Below are positions 29,255 to 43,868 of a stretch of DNA of 64,000 bases, piece after piece (the stretch's first letter is position 1; each line of letters starts with the position of its first letter). The DNA comes from Eledone cirrhosa (taxonomy: Eukaryota): contig OZ024765.1 of NCBI GenBank assembly GCA_964016885.1, positions 13,020,001 through 13,084,000 on the forward strand, written 5' to 3'. Under the pieces are notes generated by a model that worked only from the letters and a program-made list of their open reading frames with translations, ran no database searches and was not told the origin of the DNA. A program made the position numbers and the translations under genes.

Positions 29255-29312
29255 ATACTATGATCATTTCAATGACCGGGTTCCGTATGAATCCGGTGAT
29301 ATCATCAGGTAT
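29255..29312 (-). ncRNA. Type I hammerhead motif within a TA-flanked element (about 29200-29515)
   Basis: ATAC-CTGATGA-tatc accgg attc atacg gaac ccggt catt-GAAA-T GATC A-TA-GTAT, followed immediately by AATAAA. Confidence 0.72.
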
Positions 29313-29517
29313 TCGAAATATAATACGTGAATGTAATAGATAAAATCCATGGGGCTGAAAAGCGAGGACCCGAGGGCGACCGCTATTCTGTTCCTTCAAC
29401 CTCAGCCGGTCGCCCTCGAGTGACGTGGCTAAAGTTTATAGTATATTATTGCATTACGATTGACCATACGGAATAGACCAGCTCTATACAGTGGTGAACC
29501 TCAAACCTGAATAAATA

Positions 29518-29901
29518 TCATCATCATCATCAAAGTTTAACGTCCGTGTTCCACGCTTGCATGGGTTTGGACGGGGGTATTCCCACTTGAGGTAAGAGTG
29601 ATTGTCTTGCTCGCATAGGACTGTCTGGCAAGTTTTCTACAGTTGGATGCCCTTCCTAACACCAACCACATTTACAGTGTGGGTCTGGGAGGTTTTTACC
29701 GTGTTGCCTACACGGCCACATTTACAGCGTGGACTGTGTGTTTTTTTGTCGTGACACCTACACGTTCTCATTTGTTTCGGCCTGGATGGTGTGGCACCAA
29801 CATAACTTTACATAGGAGGGGGTGGTGTGGATGGGGTGGGGGGTGGGGTGGGACGGGGGTGTATTTTGTTAGAGATACCTACTGGCTGTTGTAGGTTTTA
29901 C

Positions 29902-29905
<4 letters not shown>
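29518..29905 (-). mobile_element. RTE 3'UTR, full length
   Basis: Matches 7970-8370. Confidence 0.9.
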
Positions 29906-29939
<34 letters not shown>

Positions 29940-30234
29940 TGTGTGTGTGTGTGATGGAATGATTCTATGTGTATGATGGAGAGATGGTGTGTGGTGGTGT
30001 GGTGCATACTACTGAGGCAGTGTGAGAAAGAGAGGAGGGTATGTGTGTATATGTTTATTTGTATGTGGTTTCTGTATGTGTATATACATGTGTCATTATC
30101 ATACATGTATATATATATATATGCATGTTGTCTCTGTGTGTGTATTTATAAAGATATATATATGTATATTTGTGTGTGAGTGTGTATGCATATAAATAGA
30201 TATGTGTATGTGTGTGTAAGTGTGTGTGTGTATG

Positions 30235-30267
<33 letters not shown>

Positions 30268-30370
30268 ATTTGTATTTATAAAGATAGATATATGTGTATC
30301 TGTGTATATGTTTATATATGTGTATTTTTATATATATATATGTGTATTTTTATATATATATGTATGTATT

Positions 30371-30402
<32 letters not shown>

Positions 30403-30604
30403 TGTGTGTGTCTGTATTTATATATATATGTATATATATATATATATGTGTGTCTGTATTTATATATATGTGTGTGTGTATATGTTTATGTATATATGTA
30501 TGTATTTATATATGTGTGTGTATTTATATATATATGTGTGTGTATATGTTTGTGTATATATATGCATGTATTTATATATATATATGTATATATATATGTG
30601 TCTG

Positions 30605-30669
<65 letters not shown>

Positions 30670-31243
30670 CTATTTATATATATGTGTGTGTGTATATGTT
30701 TGTGTATATATGTATGTATTTATATATGTGTGTGTATTTATATATTTATATATATATGTGTGTGTATATGTTTGTGTATATATATGCATGTATTTGAGCA
30801 AGACAATCACTCTTGCCTCAAGTGGGAAAACCCCCGTCTAAACCCATGCAAGCATGGAACACGGACGTTAAACGTTGATGATGATGATGATGATGATGAT
30901 GATATATATATGTGTGTGTGTGAATTTGTGTTTGTAGTAGTAGTTGTGATAATTTCCTTTTATGTTTGCATTGAAAGGCATCACATCCTGAATGAATACC
31001 TCCACAGAGAAAGTGTAGACAGAGATCTTTATTGTCATTCAAGCAATCAATAAACAAGGATGTTATTGATGATGTGTTGACTCATCGATAGAGGTGGAAA
31101 TTCTGTGAGGTGGAGGAGGTGGGCCAGTGACCAGGGGTGTGTGTGTGTGTATGTGTGAGTTTTGGTGTGGGTGAGGTGGAAGTTGGGTTGGGTTTAAAGA
31201 AAGAATATCATTGAATCAACACGGCTGTAGACACACACACATG

Positions 31244-31315
<72 letters not shown>

Positions 31316-31319
<4 letters not shown>

Positions 31320-31507
31320 AACAAGTAAGACCCCGACGGCTGAGCTCAATCCGTTTCGACGGCTAATTCAGTCCAGAATTAGCCGTCGAAACGGCTTGAG
31401 CTCAGCCGTCGGGGTCTTACTTGTTCCTATTACCCACTCTACTACCCTAAGTATTGAGTACTTTGGTGCGTTATGGTCCATCTGGTTCCTTACCACATTT
31501 CCTTCGT
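31316..31507 (+). mobile_element. GAGCTC-family fold-back element
   Basis: 54-bp arms at 31316-31429 with a 6-nt loop; contains GAAAC-GGCT tgagctc AGCC-GTC. Confidence 0.75.
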
Positions 31508-31531
31508 TTTTTTATATATATATATATATAT

Positions 31532-31865
31532 GGAGGCACATGGCTTAGTGGTTAGAACATTGGCCTTGCAATCGAAAGGTTGTGGGTTCAATTCTCAGAC
31601 CGGGTGATGTGTTGTTTCCTTGAGCAAGACACTTTATTTCACATTGCTCCAGTTTACTCAGCTGTAGAAATGAGATGATAGGGACTGGGGTCCCTATCAT
31701 TCCACTGCAAAGTGGTCGTGTAGGTGCCACGGCAAAAAAGCACCCAGCACTCACTGTAAATGAGGTTGGTGTTAGGAAGGGCATCCAGCTGTAGAAATCA
31801 AGCCAGAATCAGTTCCCGTTCCACCCTTGCAAGCAGGGAAAAGTGGACGTAGAATGATGATGATG
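31532..31865 (+). mobile_element. SINE family A
   Basis: Near-identical to 12593-12932. Confidence 0.9.
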
Positions 31866-32696
31866 TATATATATATATATATATATATACATGCACACAT
31901 ACATACATGTATGCATATAAATACATACATATATGTATCTGCATATAAATACATATAAATACATATATATATATATATATATACCCACACACACACATAT
32001 ATGCACATACGCATATATACACACAGGCGCGCACACACACACACATATGTGCACACATACACACACCCACACCTATATTGTTGCATGTACATTCCCCTCC
32101 CAATTGCCACCCCCCCCCCCCTGTTTTACTTGTTTGAACAGAATATTTTTTGAAAAGAGACGGGTAGGTGAGTAGTGTTTGGGCTGTGGGTGGGTGGTGT
32201 TTGGGCTGTGGGTGGGTGGTGTTTGGGCTGTGTTTAGTTAGTTAGACATAATTCTACACCCGTTTCTTAAGAATCACTTTTGTTGGTTAACAATGTGTAG
32301 TAAAAGGGTGGTGGTGGTGGTGGTTGTGACTCGGTGGGGTGGGAGAGGGGTTGTAGATGTTGTGGCTGGGAGAGGCTATTAATGGCGGATTTTTTTTCTT
32401 TTCAAAATGCAGATAAGCGGGTGACAAGTAAAGACCGTTGTACTGTTGCTATTGTTACTGTTGTTGTTGTTGTTGTTGTTGTTACTGTGGTTCATCTTGT
32501 TTCTGTTTTGAGAAACTAGGCTCTTTTTGATGTGTGTGTGTATGTGTGTGTGTACTGGTTTCATTTTTAAAATGTTTTTCACCACTAAATATATATATAT
32601 ATCCATATATATATATATCCATATATATATATATATATAAATATAAATATAAATTGTTATATATATATATATATATATATAAATATAAATATAAAT

Positions 32697-32885
32697 TTAG
32701 AATATGTGTAATAAGGCCAAGACAATGCAGATATGGACATAGAAAAAGAATGCAATAGTGAGAGATATTGATGAGAATTCGTCTTTCACCTTGAATTTAT
32801 TTAAATGTCCTTAATTTTCGAGATAATATCTCTTCTTCGGAGGGAAGTAAAAGTCTCAGACCAGCGTCTAAATTTCCAATGTTTA
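32697..32885 (-). mobile_element. TA-embedded repeat, single-arm paralog of the 38840-39053 palindrome
   Basis: Matches the 107-bp arm. Minus strand has hammerhead-like cct-CCGAAGA-a gagata t tatctc-GAAA-atta-agg. Confidence 0.7.
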
Positions 32886-33419
32886 TATATATATATATAT
32901 ATATATAGTGTTAGGAAGGGCATCCAGTTGTAGAAATCAAGCCAGAATCAGTTCCTGTATGAGCAAGACAAGGTCAGCCGACTGAACACTGCTCACAACA
33001 GGACAACCCGTCTAACCCATGCTAGCGTGGAAGAACGGACGTAAAACGATGTTGATGATGATGACATATGCAGAGAGAGAGAGAACCAGTTTCTAAGCCC
33101 CACCAAATAATGGTTTTTCATCGTAATTTATTAGATTTCATCAAAATCTTGATGAAAGACTTTATTTAAGGAATCTGTTGAATTATATCATGTTTGCAAA
33201 TAAAGAAAATTAAATGAAAGGAGGGGTGGGGAAGGGTGAGGGAGGGGGGTCAAACTCTACATCCCAGTCTAGGTGGTATATCTCTTCTAGACAAGATGGC
33301 GAAGGCATTGTCATGGAGAACAGCCAATGACAACCGCTTCATCAGCCATTCTCATCTTATGGAGCAACTTCCTTAGGTAGGATGCTGCATTCCTCCTGAT
33401 CTAGCTGAAGAAAATGGCA

Positions 33420-33900
33420 GCTCTGTGACCGAGGCCACTAGTGGCTTTGATGGTGACCAGCATGAAATGGTAAGGGCCGGTCAAGTTGTGGTGTTTGGAA
33501 ATCTTCCACTTCTCTTTGGCTGGTGAGTGACCAAGGACACCAGAGGCCCTGACAGTGACCAGCATGAGAAGGTAAGAGCGGGTCAGGTGATTGGATATCT
33601 TCTGCTTCTCTTTGGCCATTGAATGACCGAGGGCACCAGAAGTCTTGATTGCGACCATCAGGAAAAGGGAGGGGTCATTCAAGTCTTGCTTTCAGATATC
33701 TTCTGCCCCTCTATGGCGTCGAGTGACCAAGAACACTTGAGGCCTTTACAGTAACTGGCAAGTCCTGGAATTTAGATGTCTTCTGCTCGTTTTTGACTGT
33801 TGAGTGACTGAGAACACTAGAGGCTTTGACAGTGACCAGCATGAAAAGGAAGGGTGGCAGTCAAGTCCTGGTATTTTGATGTCTTCTGCTTCTCTGCATT
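33420..33900. repeat. Old, diverged tandem repeat of about 100 bp (about 5 units); inverted copy at about 34240-34330
   Basis: Recurrent gtgacc.ag..cac.agaggc..tgacagtgaccagcatga and tcttctgcttctc. Confidence 0.7.
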
Positions 33901-34339
33901 ACAGGCAGCAGTGCCCAGGTTTGTGACCAAAGTGACAAAACTTGGAATTGAATATTGTCAAGATTATTAAAAAAAACTATAGACAGAGTCTCTCATTTGA
34001 AATATGGTAACGAAAATGTTTAACATCAATTTTCCACACTAGCATGTGTTAGATGAGATGTCCCATTGTGACCATACCTTGTTCATACAGAACTGTTTCT
34101 GCCTTGGTTTCTATGTCTGGATGCTCTTTCTAACACCAACCACATTTACAGTGTGAACTTGGTGCTTTTAACTGTGGCGCAAAAATGACCACTTAACAGT
34201 TGGACTGGGTACTTTTTCAACATGTGACCTGACTGGTTCTTACCTTCTCATGCTGTTCACTGTCAAGGCCTCTGGTGCCCTTGGTTACTCACCAGCCAAA
34301 GAGAAGTGGAAGATTTGCAAACACCAGCACCTTATTTAA

Positions 34340-34852
34340 GTTATCTTTCAAACATCAACTTATATTCTTACTATATTCATGTTCCCAAATCACTCAAAAT
34401 TCTTGATTATTTTCAAAATTATTTCAATATCATAGTTAGTAACTTTCGTTAGAAATATGATAATGAAAGGGTTAAAATGTTTATATTTATCTAAAACCCT
34501 TCCATCATAATTTTACATCAAAACATTTATGTTCCAAACACCAGCTTAATAATGAGAAAGTTAATTAGCTTCCTAAACCCTTCCAAATTCTTGATTATTT
34601 TCAAAATTATTTGAAAATCATTGGTAGTATCTTCCATTAGAAATATTGTAAAAAAGGGGTTAAAATGTTCATATTTATCTAAAACCGTTCCATCATAATT
34701 TTACATCAAAACATTTGTTATTCCAAACTTCAGCTTGGTAACAAGAAAGTTAGTTATATTATTAAATCCCTCTAAATTCTGGATTATTTTCAAAATTATT
34801 TGAAAATAATAGGTAGCATCTTTCATTAGAAATATTGTAATGAAAGGGTTAA
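34340..34852. repeat. Three diverged tandem units of about 188 bp ending AAAGGGTTAA (MITE-like ends)
   Basis: Repeated aaattcttgattattttcaaaattatt...gaaagggttaa. Confidence 0.7.
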
Positions 34853-34993
34853 TTCTTTAACCTTCACAAATACAAAGAGAACCACACTGTGTTTTAGACA
34901 GAAGGTTCTCACATCAGATTTTAGAAAACAGCTGGAACTGTGCTGTACATTAAGTTTGGCACACTCAATCTTTACTCTTCTACATACAGGGAA

Positions 34994-35087
<94 letters not shown>

Positions 35088-35198
35088 GTGTATATAAATG
35101 CATGTTTGTGTAGGTATGGTATATACACGTGTATATTTATTTGTATATTTTCACTTCCTGATTGGAGTTTTAGAATTTATTTTGTCAGTGTTTGTGTG

Positions 35199-35241
<43 letters not shown>

Positions 35242-35606
35242 ATGTGTGTATGAATATATGTATGTATGTATGAATGTGGGAGAAGGCAGGCGTTAAAACG
35301 ACAATGATGATGATGATTTATGTATGAATGTGTGTATACACATATATATGAATGTGTGTATACACATATATATGAATGTATGTATGCACGTATAGATGTA
35401 TACATATATATGTGTGAATGTATGCAGACATACATGTGTGTATGAATATATATATATATATATATATATGCAGAGGTTATATTTAATTTGTTGGGATTCA
35501 ACAAGCTTAAACATTTTTATAACTGATATAAAGCACTCAACAGCTAAGTGGAGTAAATATACAATATATTAACAAATGGAAAATATATTTATAAAACCAT
35601 ATTTAT

Positions 35607-35666
35607 TTTATTATACATATTTCAAGGGCCACCAAGGCAAATTATGGTGCGCTTTCATCAGATAAA
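35607..35666 (-). ncRNA. Type I hammerhead motif, diverged paralog of 20361-20425
   Basis: TTTAT-CTGATGA-aagcgcacca...tggtggccctt-GAAA-TATGTATA-ATAAA; core retained. Confidence 0.6.
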
Positions 35667-35978
35667 TATTGACATACCCTGAAAAAAGACAACCTTGAAT
35701 TGGCAGAGTCGTTAGAATGTCGGATAGATTGCTTTATGGTATGCATTTCAGCTCTCAGCTCTTTGAGTTCAAATCCCATCAAGGTCAACTTTGCCTTTCA
35801 TCCTTTTGTGGTCGATAAAAAAGTACCAGTCTAGTACTGGGGTTGATTCTTCCTCTCTTTGAAAGAAATCTGCTGTACTCAGACTTAGAAAGGGATGGGC
35901 GCTGTAGAGGCTTAAAATGCCCAAGAAACGCTGTATGTCAATACGGTGCCCCTACAACTCTATCAGGAGTTATGGGAT

Positions 35979-36651
35979 CATACCATACCATACCATACCA
36001 TACCATACCATACCATACCATACCATGCCATGCCATACCATACCATACCATACCATACCATACCATGCCATACCATACCATACCATACCATACCATACCA
36101 TACCATGCCATACCATGCCATGCCATACCATACCATACCATACCATACCATACCATGCCATACCATACCATACCATACATGTTTTTCCTGTTACATTTTC
36201 CAAATTTTTCTTTTATATATACCATACCATACCATATTATACCATACCATACCATATCATATCATACCACACCATACCATACCATACCATACCATACCAT
36301 ACATGTTTTTCCTGTTACATTTTCCAAATTTTTCTTCTATATACACCATACCATACCATATCATACCATACCATACCATATCATACCATACCATACCATA
36401 CCATACCATACTATACCATACCATACCATACCATACTATACCATATCATACCATACCATACCATACATGTTTTTCCTGTTACATTTTTCAAATTTTTCTT
36501 CTATATACACCATACCATACCATACCATATCATACCATACCATACCATACCATATACCATACCATACCATACCATACCATACCATACCATACCATACCAT
36601 ACCATACCATACATGTTTTTCCTGATACATTTTCCAAATTTTTCTTCTATA
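35979..36651. repeat. (CCATA)n satellite with four embedded spacers of about 40 bp (higher-order repeat)
   Basis: catgtttttcctgttacattttccaaatttttcttctata occurs near 36178, 36302, 36466 and 36612. Confidence 0.95.
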
Positions 36652-36752
36652 AAGAAAGAACCAGTCTTTAACTCAGAAAGAAGGCTTTTTTTTTTTTTTT
36701 TGAATTTGTACTGCTTCAACTACTTCAACTAGCAAAGCATGTATAAATGTAG

Positions 36753-36941
36753 AATAATTGTTTCCACTTTAGGCACAAGGCCAGCAAATTACCCAGTGCA
36801 TTACTGGTACTTTATTTTATCGACCCCGTAAGGATGAAAGGCAAAGTTAACCTCAGCGGGATTTGAACTCAGAATGGCAAGGGCCGTAACTCTATGCGTC
36901 AAAGCATGGCGTCCGACCCTCTACCGATACTGCCAATCCAC
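36753..36941 (-). mobile_element. SINE-B
   Basis: Match to the consensus. Confidence 0.85.
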
Positions 36942-36949
36942 TCACCAAC

Positions 36950-37490
36950 GGATGTTGATGGGGGTGATGGTGATGAGGATGGTAGTGATGATTATGGTAG
37001 TGATGGTGAGGGTGAGGGTGATGGTGGTGGTGGTGGTGATGAGGATGGTAGTGATGATGATAGGGTGACGATGATGGTGAGGGTGAGTGTGATGGTGGTG
37101 GTGGTGGTGATGAGGATGGTAGTGATGATGATGGTGAGGGTGGTGTGAGGGTGATGAAGGGGGTGGTGATGAGGATGGTAGTGATGATGATACGATGACG
37201 ATGAGGGTGAGGGTGATGGTGGTGGTGGTGGTGGTGATGAGGATGGTAGTAATGATAATACGGTGACGATGATGGTGAGGGTGATGGTGATGAGGATGGT
37301 AGTGATGATGATAGGGTGACGGTGAGGGTGATGGTGGTGGTGAGGGTGATGAAGGTGGTGGTGATGAGGATGGTGGTGACGGCAATGACGACAACGACAG
37401 CGCGGTGGTGGTGGTGAGGTTGACGATGACGGTGGTGGTGGTGGTGGTGAGGTTGACGATGATGGTGGTGGTGGTGGTGATGATAAAGAT
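36950..37490. repeat. (GGT/GAT) cryptic trinucleotide repeat
   Basis: Seen directly. Confidence 0.9.
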
Positions 37491-37507
37491 GGTGAATATC
37501 TCTCCCT

Positions 37508-38142
37508 ATCATCATCATCATCTTCATCATCTTTGTTTAACGTCCATTTTCCACGCTAGCATGGGTTAGACGGGAGTTGTCCCACTTGAGGCAAGGCTAT
37601 GTCTCGTTCATATAGGACTGTCTGGCAGGTTTTCTACGGCTGGATGCCCTTCCTAACACCAACCACATTTACAGTGTGGGACTGGGAACTTTTTACCGTG
37701 TTACCTACACGGCCACATTACAGCGGGGACTGTGTGTTTTTTGTCGTGACACCTACACGATCTCCATCTCATTATCTCGTGCTGTTGGTGGGAGTGGGAG
37801 GATAGGCTGGGGGTAGTGGGTTGGGGTTTATATATCGTTAAGAGGTGCCTACTGACTGTAGGTTTCGCTTTGTTCATAGGCAAGGCGGGTCTTCTGTATT
37901 ACTGCGTAGCGCCAAAGTCTCGGTCCAGAGACATTATCTTAGAGAGATGCAAGTGTGTGAGGTCGGAATTTATCAGATCGTCCCAGGTTTTTCTGGGTCT
38001 GCCTACTCCGTAGCTACCATCAATTTTGATCGCCCTGCACTTTTTTATGCAGCTGTCATCTTTCATGCACATCACGTGACCATACCAACGTAGTCTTCTC
38101 TCGAGTAAACAGCATCTGATCCCTCTTATTCCTAATTTCTCT
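37508..38142 (-). mobile_element. RTE LINE 3' fragment (second subfamily)
   Basis: [23 protein letters not shown]...GRPRKTW plus UTR. Confidence 0.9.
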
Positions 38143-38284
38143 ATAAATACCAATGTTACCGATGTTACAAAATGAAAGGAGACTCGTGTATGAGAAAGAC
38201 ACTACAAACAAGCATTTCACATTTGCCAGGCTGCACCAAGTGCACTCCACTGCTCTGAGGCTGCAGTGCAGTGTGTCTTGAATT

Positions 38285-38341
<57 letters not shown>

Positions 38342-38608
38342 GTTTAAAATAACATGTAACCACTACACAGTAGTTAAAGTAGCTTGAGGTACGCGGTTGG
38401 GGGTCCCATCACTCACTGTGTTTTGTCTTACATCTGCAAATTGGCTTTTAATAATTATGTATGTGTGTGTGTGTATATATGTATATATGTATATATATGT
38501 ATATATATATATACATATATATACATATATATGCATATATATATACATATACAGTATATGCATATATATATATATATGCATATATATATACATATATATG
38601 CATATATA

Positions 38609-38652
<44 letters not shown>

Positions 38653-38839
38653 TATGCATATATATATATATACATATATATGCATATATATATATATATA
38701 TATACATATATATGCATATATATATATATACATATATATATATACATATATATATATATACATATATATGCATATATATATGCATATATATATGCATATA
38801 TATATGCATATATATATACATATATATATATATACATAT

Positions 38840-39053
38840 GTTAGAATATGTGTAATAAGGCCAAGACAATGCAGATATGGACATAGAAAAAGAATGCAAT
38901 AGTGAGAGATATTGATGAGAATTCGTCTTTCACCTTGAATTTATTTAAATAAATTCAAGGTGAAAGACGAATTCTCATCAATATCTCTCACTATTGCATT
39001 CTTTTTCTATGTCCATATCTGCATTGTCTTGGCCTTATTACACATATTCTAAC
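38840..39053. repeat. Perfect 214-bp palindrome with no spacer
   Basis: 107-bp arms, axis between 38946 and 38947 (gaatttattt|aaataaattc). Confidence 0.9.
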
Positions 39054-39109
39054 GTTTATACCTCATTACACAATGCTTCAAGTGAACTATAACCTCCTCC
39101 TATATATAC

Positions 39110-39140
<31 letters not shown>

Positions 39141-39242
39141 CATATATATATATACATATATATATACATATATATATATACATATATATGCATATATATA
39201 TACATATATATATATATACATATATATATATAAATATATACA

Positions 39243-39276
<34 letters not shown>

Positions 39277-39300
39277 CATATATATATATAAATATATACA

Positions 39301-39350
<50 letters not shown>

Positions 39351-39458
39351 CATATATACATATATATGCATAATATATATATACATATATACATATATAT
39401 GCATATATATATATATATATACATATATATATACATATATATATGCATATATATATAC

Positions 39459-39493
<35 letters not shown>

Positions 39494-39500
39494 CATATAT

Positions 39501-40316
39501 CATCATCATCATCATCAACGTTTAACGTCCGTGTTCCATGCTTGCATGGGTTTGGACGGGGGTAGTCCCACTTGAGGCAAGAGTGATTGTCTTGCTCGCA
39601 TAGGACTGTCTGGCAGGTTTTCTACAGTTGGATGCCCTTCCTAACACCAACCACATTTACAGTGTGGGTCTGGGAGGTTTTTACCGTGTTGCCTACACGG
39701 CCACATTACAGCGTGGACTGTGTGTTTTTTTGTCGTGACACCTACACGATCTCATTTGTTTCGGCCTGGATGGCGCGGCACCAACAAACTTTACATAGAA
39801 CGGGGGTGGTGTGGATGGGGTGGTGGTGGTGGTGGGACGGGGTGTATTTTGTTAGAGATGCATACTGGCAAGGCGGGTCTTCTCTGTTACTGAGTACCGC
39901 CAAAGGTCTCGGTCCAGTGACATTGTCTTGGAGAGGTGTAAGTGTGTGAGGTCGGAGTTTATCAGCTCATCCCAGGTTTTTCTAGGTCTGCCTATTCGTG
40001 GCTACCGTCTATCTTCATTGCCCTGCACTTTGTTATACAGCTATCGACTTTCATGCGCATCACGTGTCCATACCAACGCAGCCTTCTCTCGAGTAAACAA
40101 CATCTGATCCCTCTTATCTCTAATTTTTTCCTTAGTTCGTTATGCTTTGCCGTTCACGTATATTACTGTTACACATCCAGCGGAGCATGCAAGCTTCGTT
40201 CCTCTCTAGTCTGCGTATATCCTCTGCACACAATGCCCAGGTCTCACTACCATGCAACATTGCTGTTCGTATGCAGGCATCGTACAACCTGCCTTTCATT
40301 TTTAGGGAGAACCCTT

Positions 40317-40317
<1 letters not shown>
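39501..40317 (-). mobile_element. RTE LINE 3' fragment, highly similar to 7970-8827
   Basis: [27 protein letters not shown]...; has small deletions and a frameshift; TA-flanked. Confidence 0.92.
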
Positions 40318-40348
<31 letters not shown>

Positions 40349-40407
40349 CATATATATATACATATATATATATACATATATATATACATATATATACATA
40401 TATAGAT

Positions 40408-40472
<65 letters not shown>

Positions 40473-40495
40473 TATATATATATACATATACATAT

Positions 40496-40529
<34 letters not shown>

Positions 40530-40545
40530 ATATATATATACATAC

Positions 40546-40598
<53 letters not shown>

Positions 40599-40747
40599 CA
40601 TATATATATATATATAGCGAAGGAAAAGTGGTAAGGAACCAAGTGGACCATAACGCACCAAAGTACTCAATACTTAGTATATATATATATACATATATCT
40701 GCATATATATATATATACATATATATGCATATATATATATATATATA

Positions 40748-41150
40748 GTAATAATAATAAATTTGAAGACTAAAATCCAAAGAGGGCTCGATAAGGATAA
40801 ATATATATCAAATATATAAGAACCGTAGAGCAAATATTCATTAAAATAACAGATTAAAGTTTAAGCAAAGAATCTACGACTTCAGTTATACCATTTATGT
40901 GGTTTTGTCTTTGCGTGCAATTGTTCTCACCGCTCAACATAATGACGTATTATCTTTGTTTTTTCCGTTCATTGCCAGGGAACGTTTCCACGAACCAAAG
41001 TATCGTCTTCCTGTTTTCCTTCAGTTGCAACGTTTTTTGAAATATTTACTTCTGCGTTCACAGATTGACTTTGTTAGTTTCAGAAGATCCCGTTAAGGGT
41101 GAAAGCAGCGATTCTTTGCTTAAACTTTAATCTGTTATTTTAATAAATAT
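40748..41150. mobile_element. gggatcttctg-family element with about 42-bp inverted segments
   Basis: attaaaataacagattaaagtttaagcaaagaatc near 40840 and gattctttgcttaaactttaatctgttattttaat near 41110. Confidence 0.75.
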
Positions 41151-41325
41151 ATATACATATATATATATACACACACACATATATATATTCACACACATAT
41201 ATATATATACACACATGTATATGCATATATACATATATATATATATGCATATATATGGATATATATATATACATATATATGCATATATATATACATATAT
41301 ATGCATATATATATACATATATATG

Positions 41326-41396
<71 letters not shown>

Positions 41397-41419
41397 GCAT
41401 ATATATATACATATATATG

Positions 41420-41489
<70 letters not shown>

Positions 41490-42126
41490 GGAAAAGAATA
41501 AGGACCCCGACGGCTGAGCTCCGGCCGTTTCGACAGCTAGTTGAACTATGTGTGTATGTGCGTTTGAGCGTTTATATTTATATACTCATACATATAAATG
41601 TATGCATACACACATGCACACCTGCGCACACATATACACATACGCGTCAGTGTGTCAAAAAAATCCTAGTTTTTTAAACTACCGACATTGAACTAATTAA
41701 AGAGTGCAAACACAACAACAACAACAGCAACAACAACAGCAACACAAAACAAACAGCAGCAACAACAACACAAAACAAACAGCAGCAACAACAACAAAAT
41801 ATACAGCATTGTTTTGTAAGTTTTTAATCCAAGAAAAATTAACCATGGAGAATTCCCCAGTGCCTATTAATCCGCTGTCTGTAACCTTTTCATTTCAATG
41901 AAACCCTCGCTCCGCCATCTTGCTCAATGTTTTGTCGTCATCAATTGAAAACAAATCGTGTAGTTTATTGTTTGTTTTTCTCTGTATGTATGTGTGTATG
42001 TATATGTATGTATGCTTGTGTCTGTGTGTGTGTTTGTATATGTGTATGTATGTATGTTTGTATATGTGTATGTGTATGTGTTTGTATGCATGCGTGTGTG
42101 TGTGTTTGTATGTATGTGTGTATGTA

Positions 42127-42161
<35 letters not shown>

Positions 42162-42225
42162 GTGTGTGTATGAATGTATGTATATATGTATATATATACA
42201 TATATATATATATATACATATATAC

Positions 42226-42266
<41 letters not shown>

Positions 42267-42619
42267 AAATAATAATGAAATTATGTACGTATGTATGTTT
42301 GTTTTTCCTTTGTATTTCTTGTCTTTTGTTGTTGTTTTTTTTTGTTTAGTTTTATATATTTTTTGTATTTTTCAGCTGTAAAATATTTGAAATTTTTTTA
42401 TGTTAAAATTTTAGTGAAAATGATTTTTAAAAAATGTCCGCCTGTTTGTGTGCGACAAATATTATTTCACTGGGGAAATAAGTCTGATTGATGAACATTT
42501 TAGAAATAATCTTAAATTAATTGTTGCTTTCCAAATTTGAGAATGACGTCATATCTAACGCATTGAATTTTATCCCAGTAATAAGTTATTCCCCGTGTAG
42601 GTGAGTTGAACTCTCATTA

Positions 42620-43515
42620 CCATTACCACCACAACAACCACCATCACCACCATCACCACCACCACAACACCACCACCACAACACCACCATCACCCTATCT
42701 CCACCACCCTATCACCAGCACCACCACCTCCCTATCTCCACCATCACCACCACAACAACCACCATCACCACCACCACACCACCACCACACCACCACCATC
42801 ACCCTATCTCCACCACCCTCTCACCAGCACCACCACCTCCCTATCTCCACCAGCACCACCACCACCTCCCTATCTCCACCACAACCACCACCACCACATT
42901 ATCTCCACCATCACCACCACCACAACCACCATCACCACCACACCACACCACCACCACCGCCATCACATTATCTCCACCACCCTATCACCACCACCACCAC
43001 CTCCCTATCTCCACCATCACTGCACCACCACCCTATCTCCACCATCACCACTGTCTCCCTATCTCCACCACCAGCAGCACCACCACCACCTCCCAATCTC
43101 CACCACCCTATCACCAGCACCACCAGCACCACCATCACCCTATCACCGCCACCCTATCACCAGCACCATTACCCTATCACCACCACCCTATCACCAGCAC
43201 CACCACCACTATCACCACCACCCTATCAACATCATCAACACCACCATACCACCATCACCATCACCACCATCTCCCTGTCTCCACCACCACCCTATCTCCA
43301 CCACCACCACCATCATCAACATCCACCCAGCACCTGTTGGAACACCTTCATAACAGAATGGATGTTTGAGTGTTGTTTCTCTAAGACTGCTGGGATTGAA
43401 GGAAGTGTGGAATTGGTGGTGGTGGTGGTGGTGGTGACGGTGGTGGTGGTGGTGGTAGTGGTGACGATGGTGGTGGTGGTGGTAGTGGTGACGATGGTGG
43501 TGGTAGTGGTGACGA
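42620..43515. repeat. (CAC)-rich tract followed by (GGT)-rich tract
   Basis: Seen directly. Confidence 0.9.
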
Positions 43516-43868
43516 GGTTAACTTTGCCTTTCATCCTTACGGGGTCGATAAAATAAAGTACCAGTAATAAACTTGGGTAATTGATGGCCTTGTGCCAGAA
43601 ACAATTATATTGGTGGTAGGAAAAACATCCAGCTGTAGAAAGCTTGCGAAACATAGGGTTTGGAGGACCCTCAGTTGTGTCAAAGGCTCGACAACCTCTC
43701 CTGTCACTGGGTAGAGCATGAATCTGTATATATGCAAGATGGCAGATCCCTGGCTTGTCTGGTAGATAAGTAGCCACTGATTAAATAATGACATCGGCCA
43801 TGTAGACTTGTCCAACCCTTGCTAGCAGAGAAAGCAGCCATTAAAACAATGATGATAATGATATATAT

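Noticed and set aside
35843-36732. YHTIP-repeat ORFs
   Set aside because: Translation of the (CCATA)n satellite.
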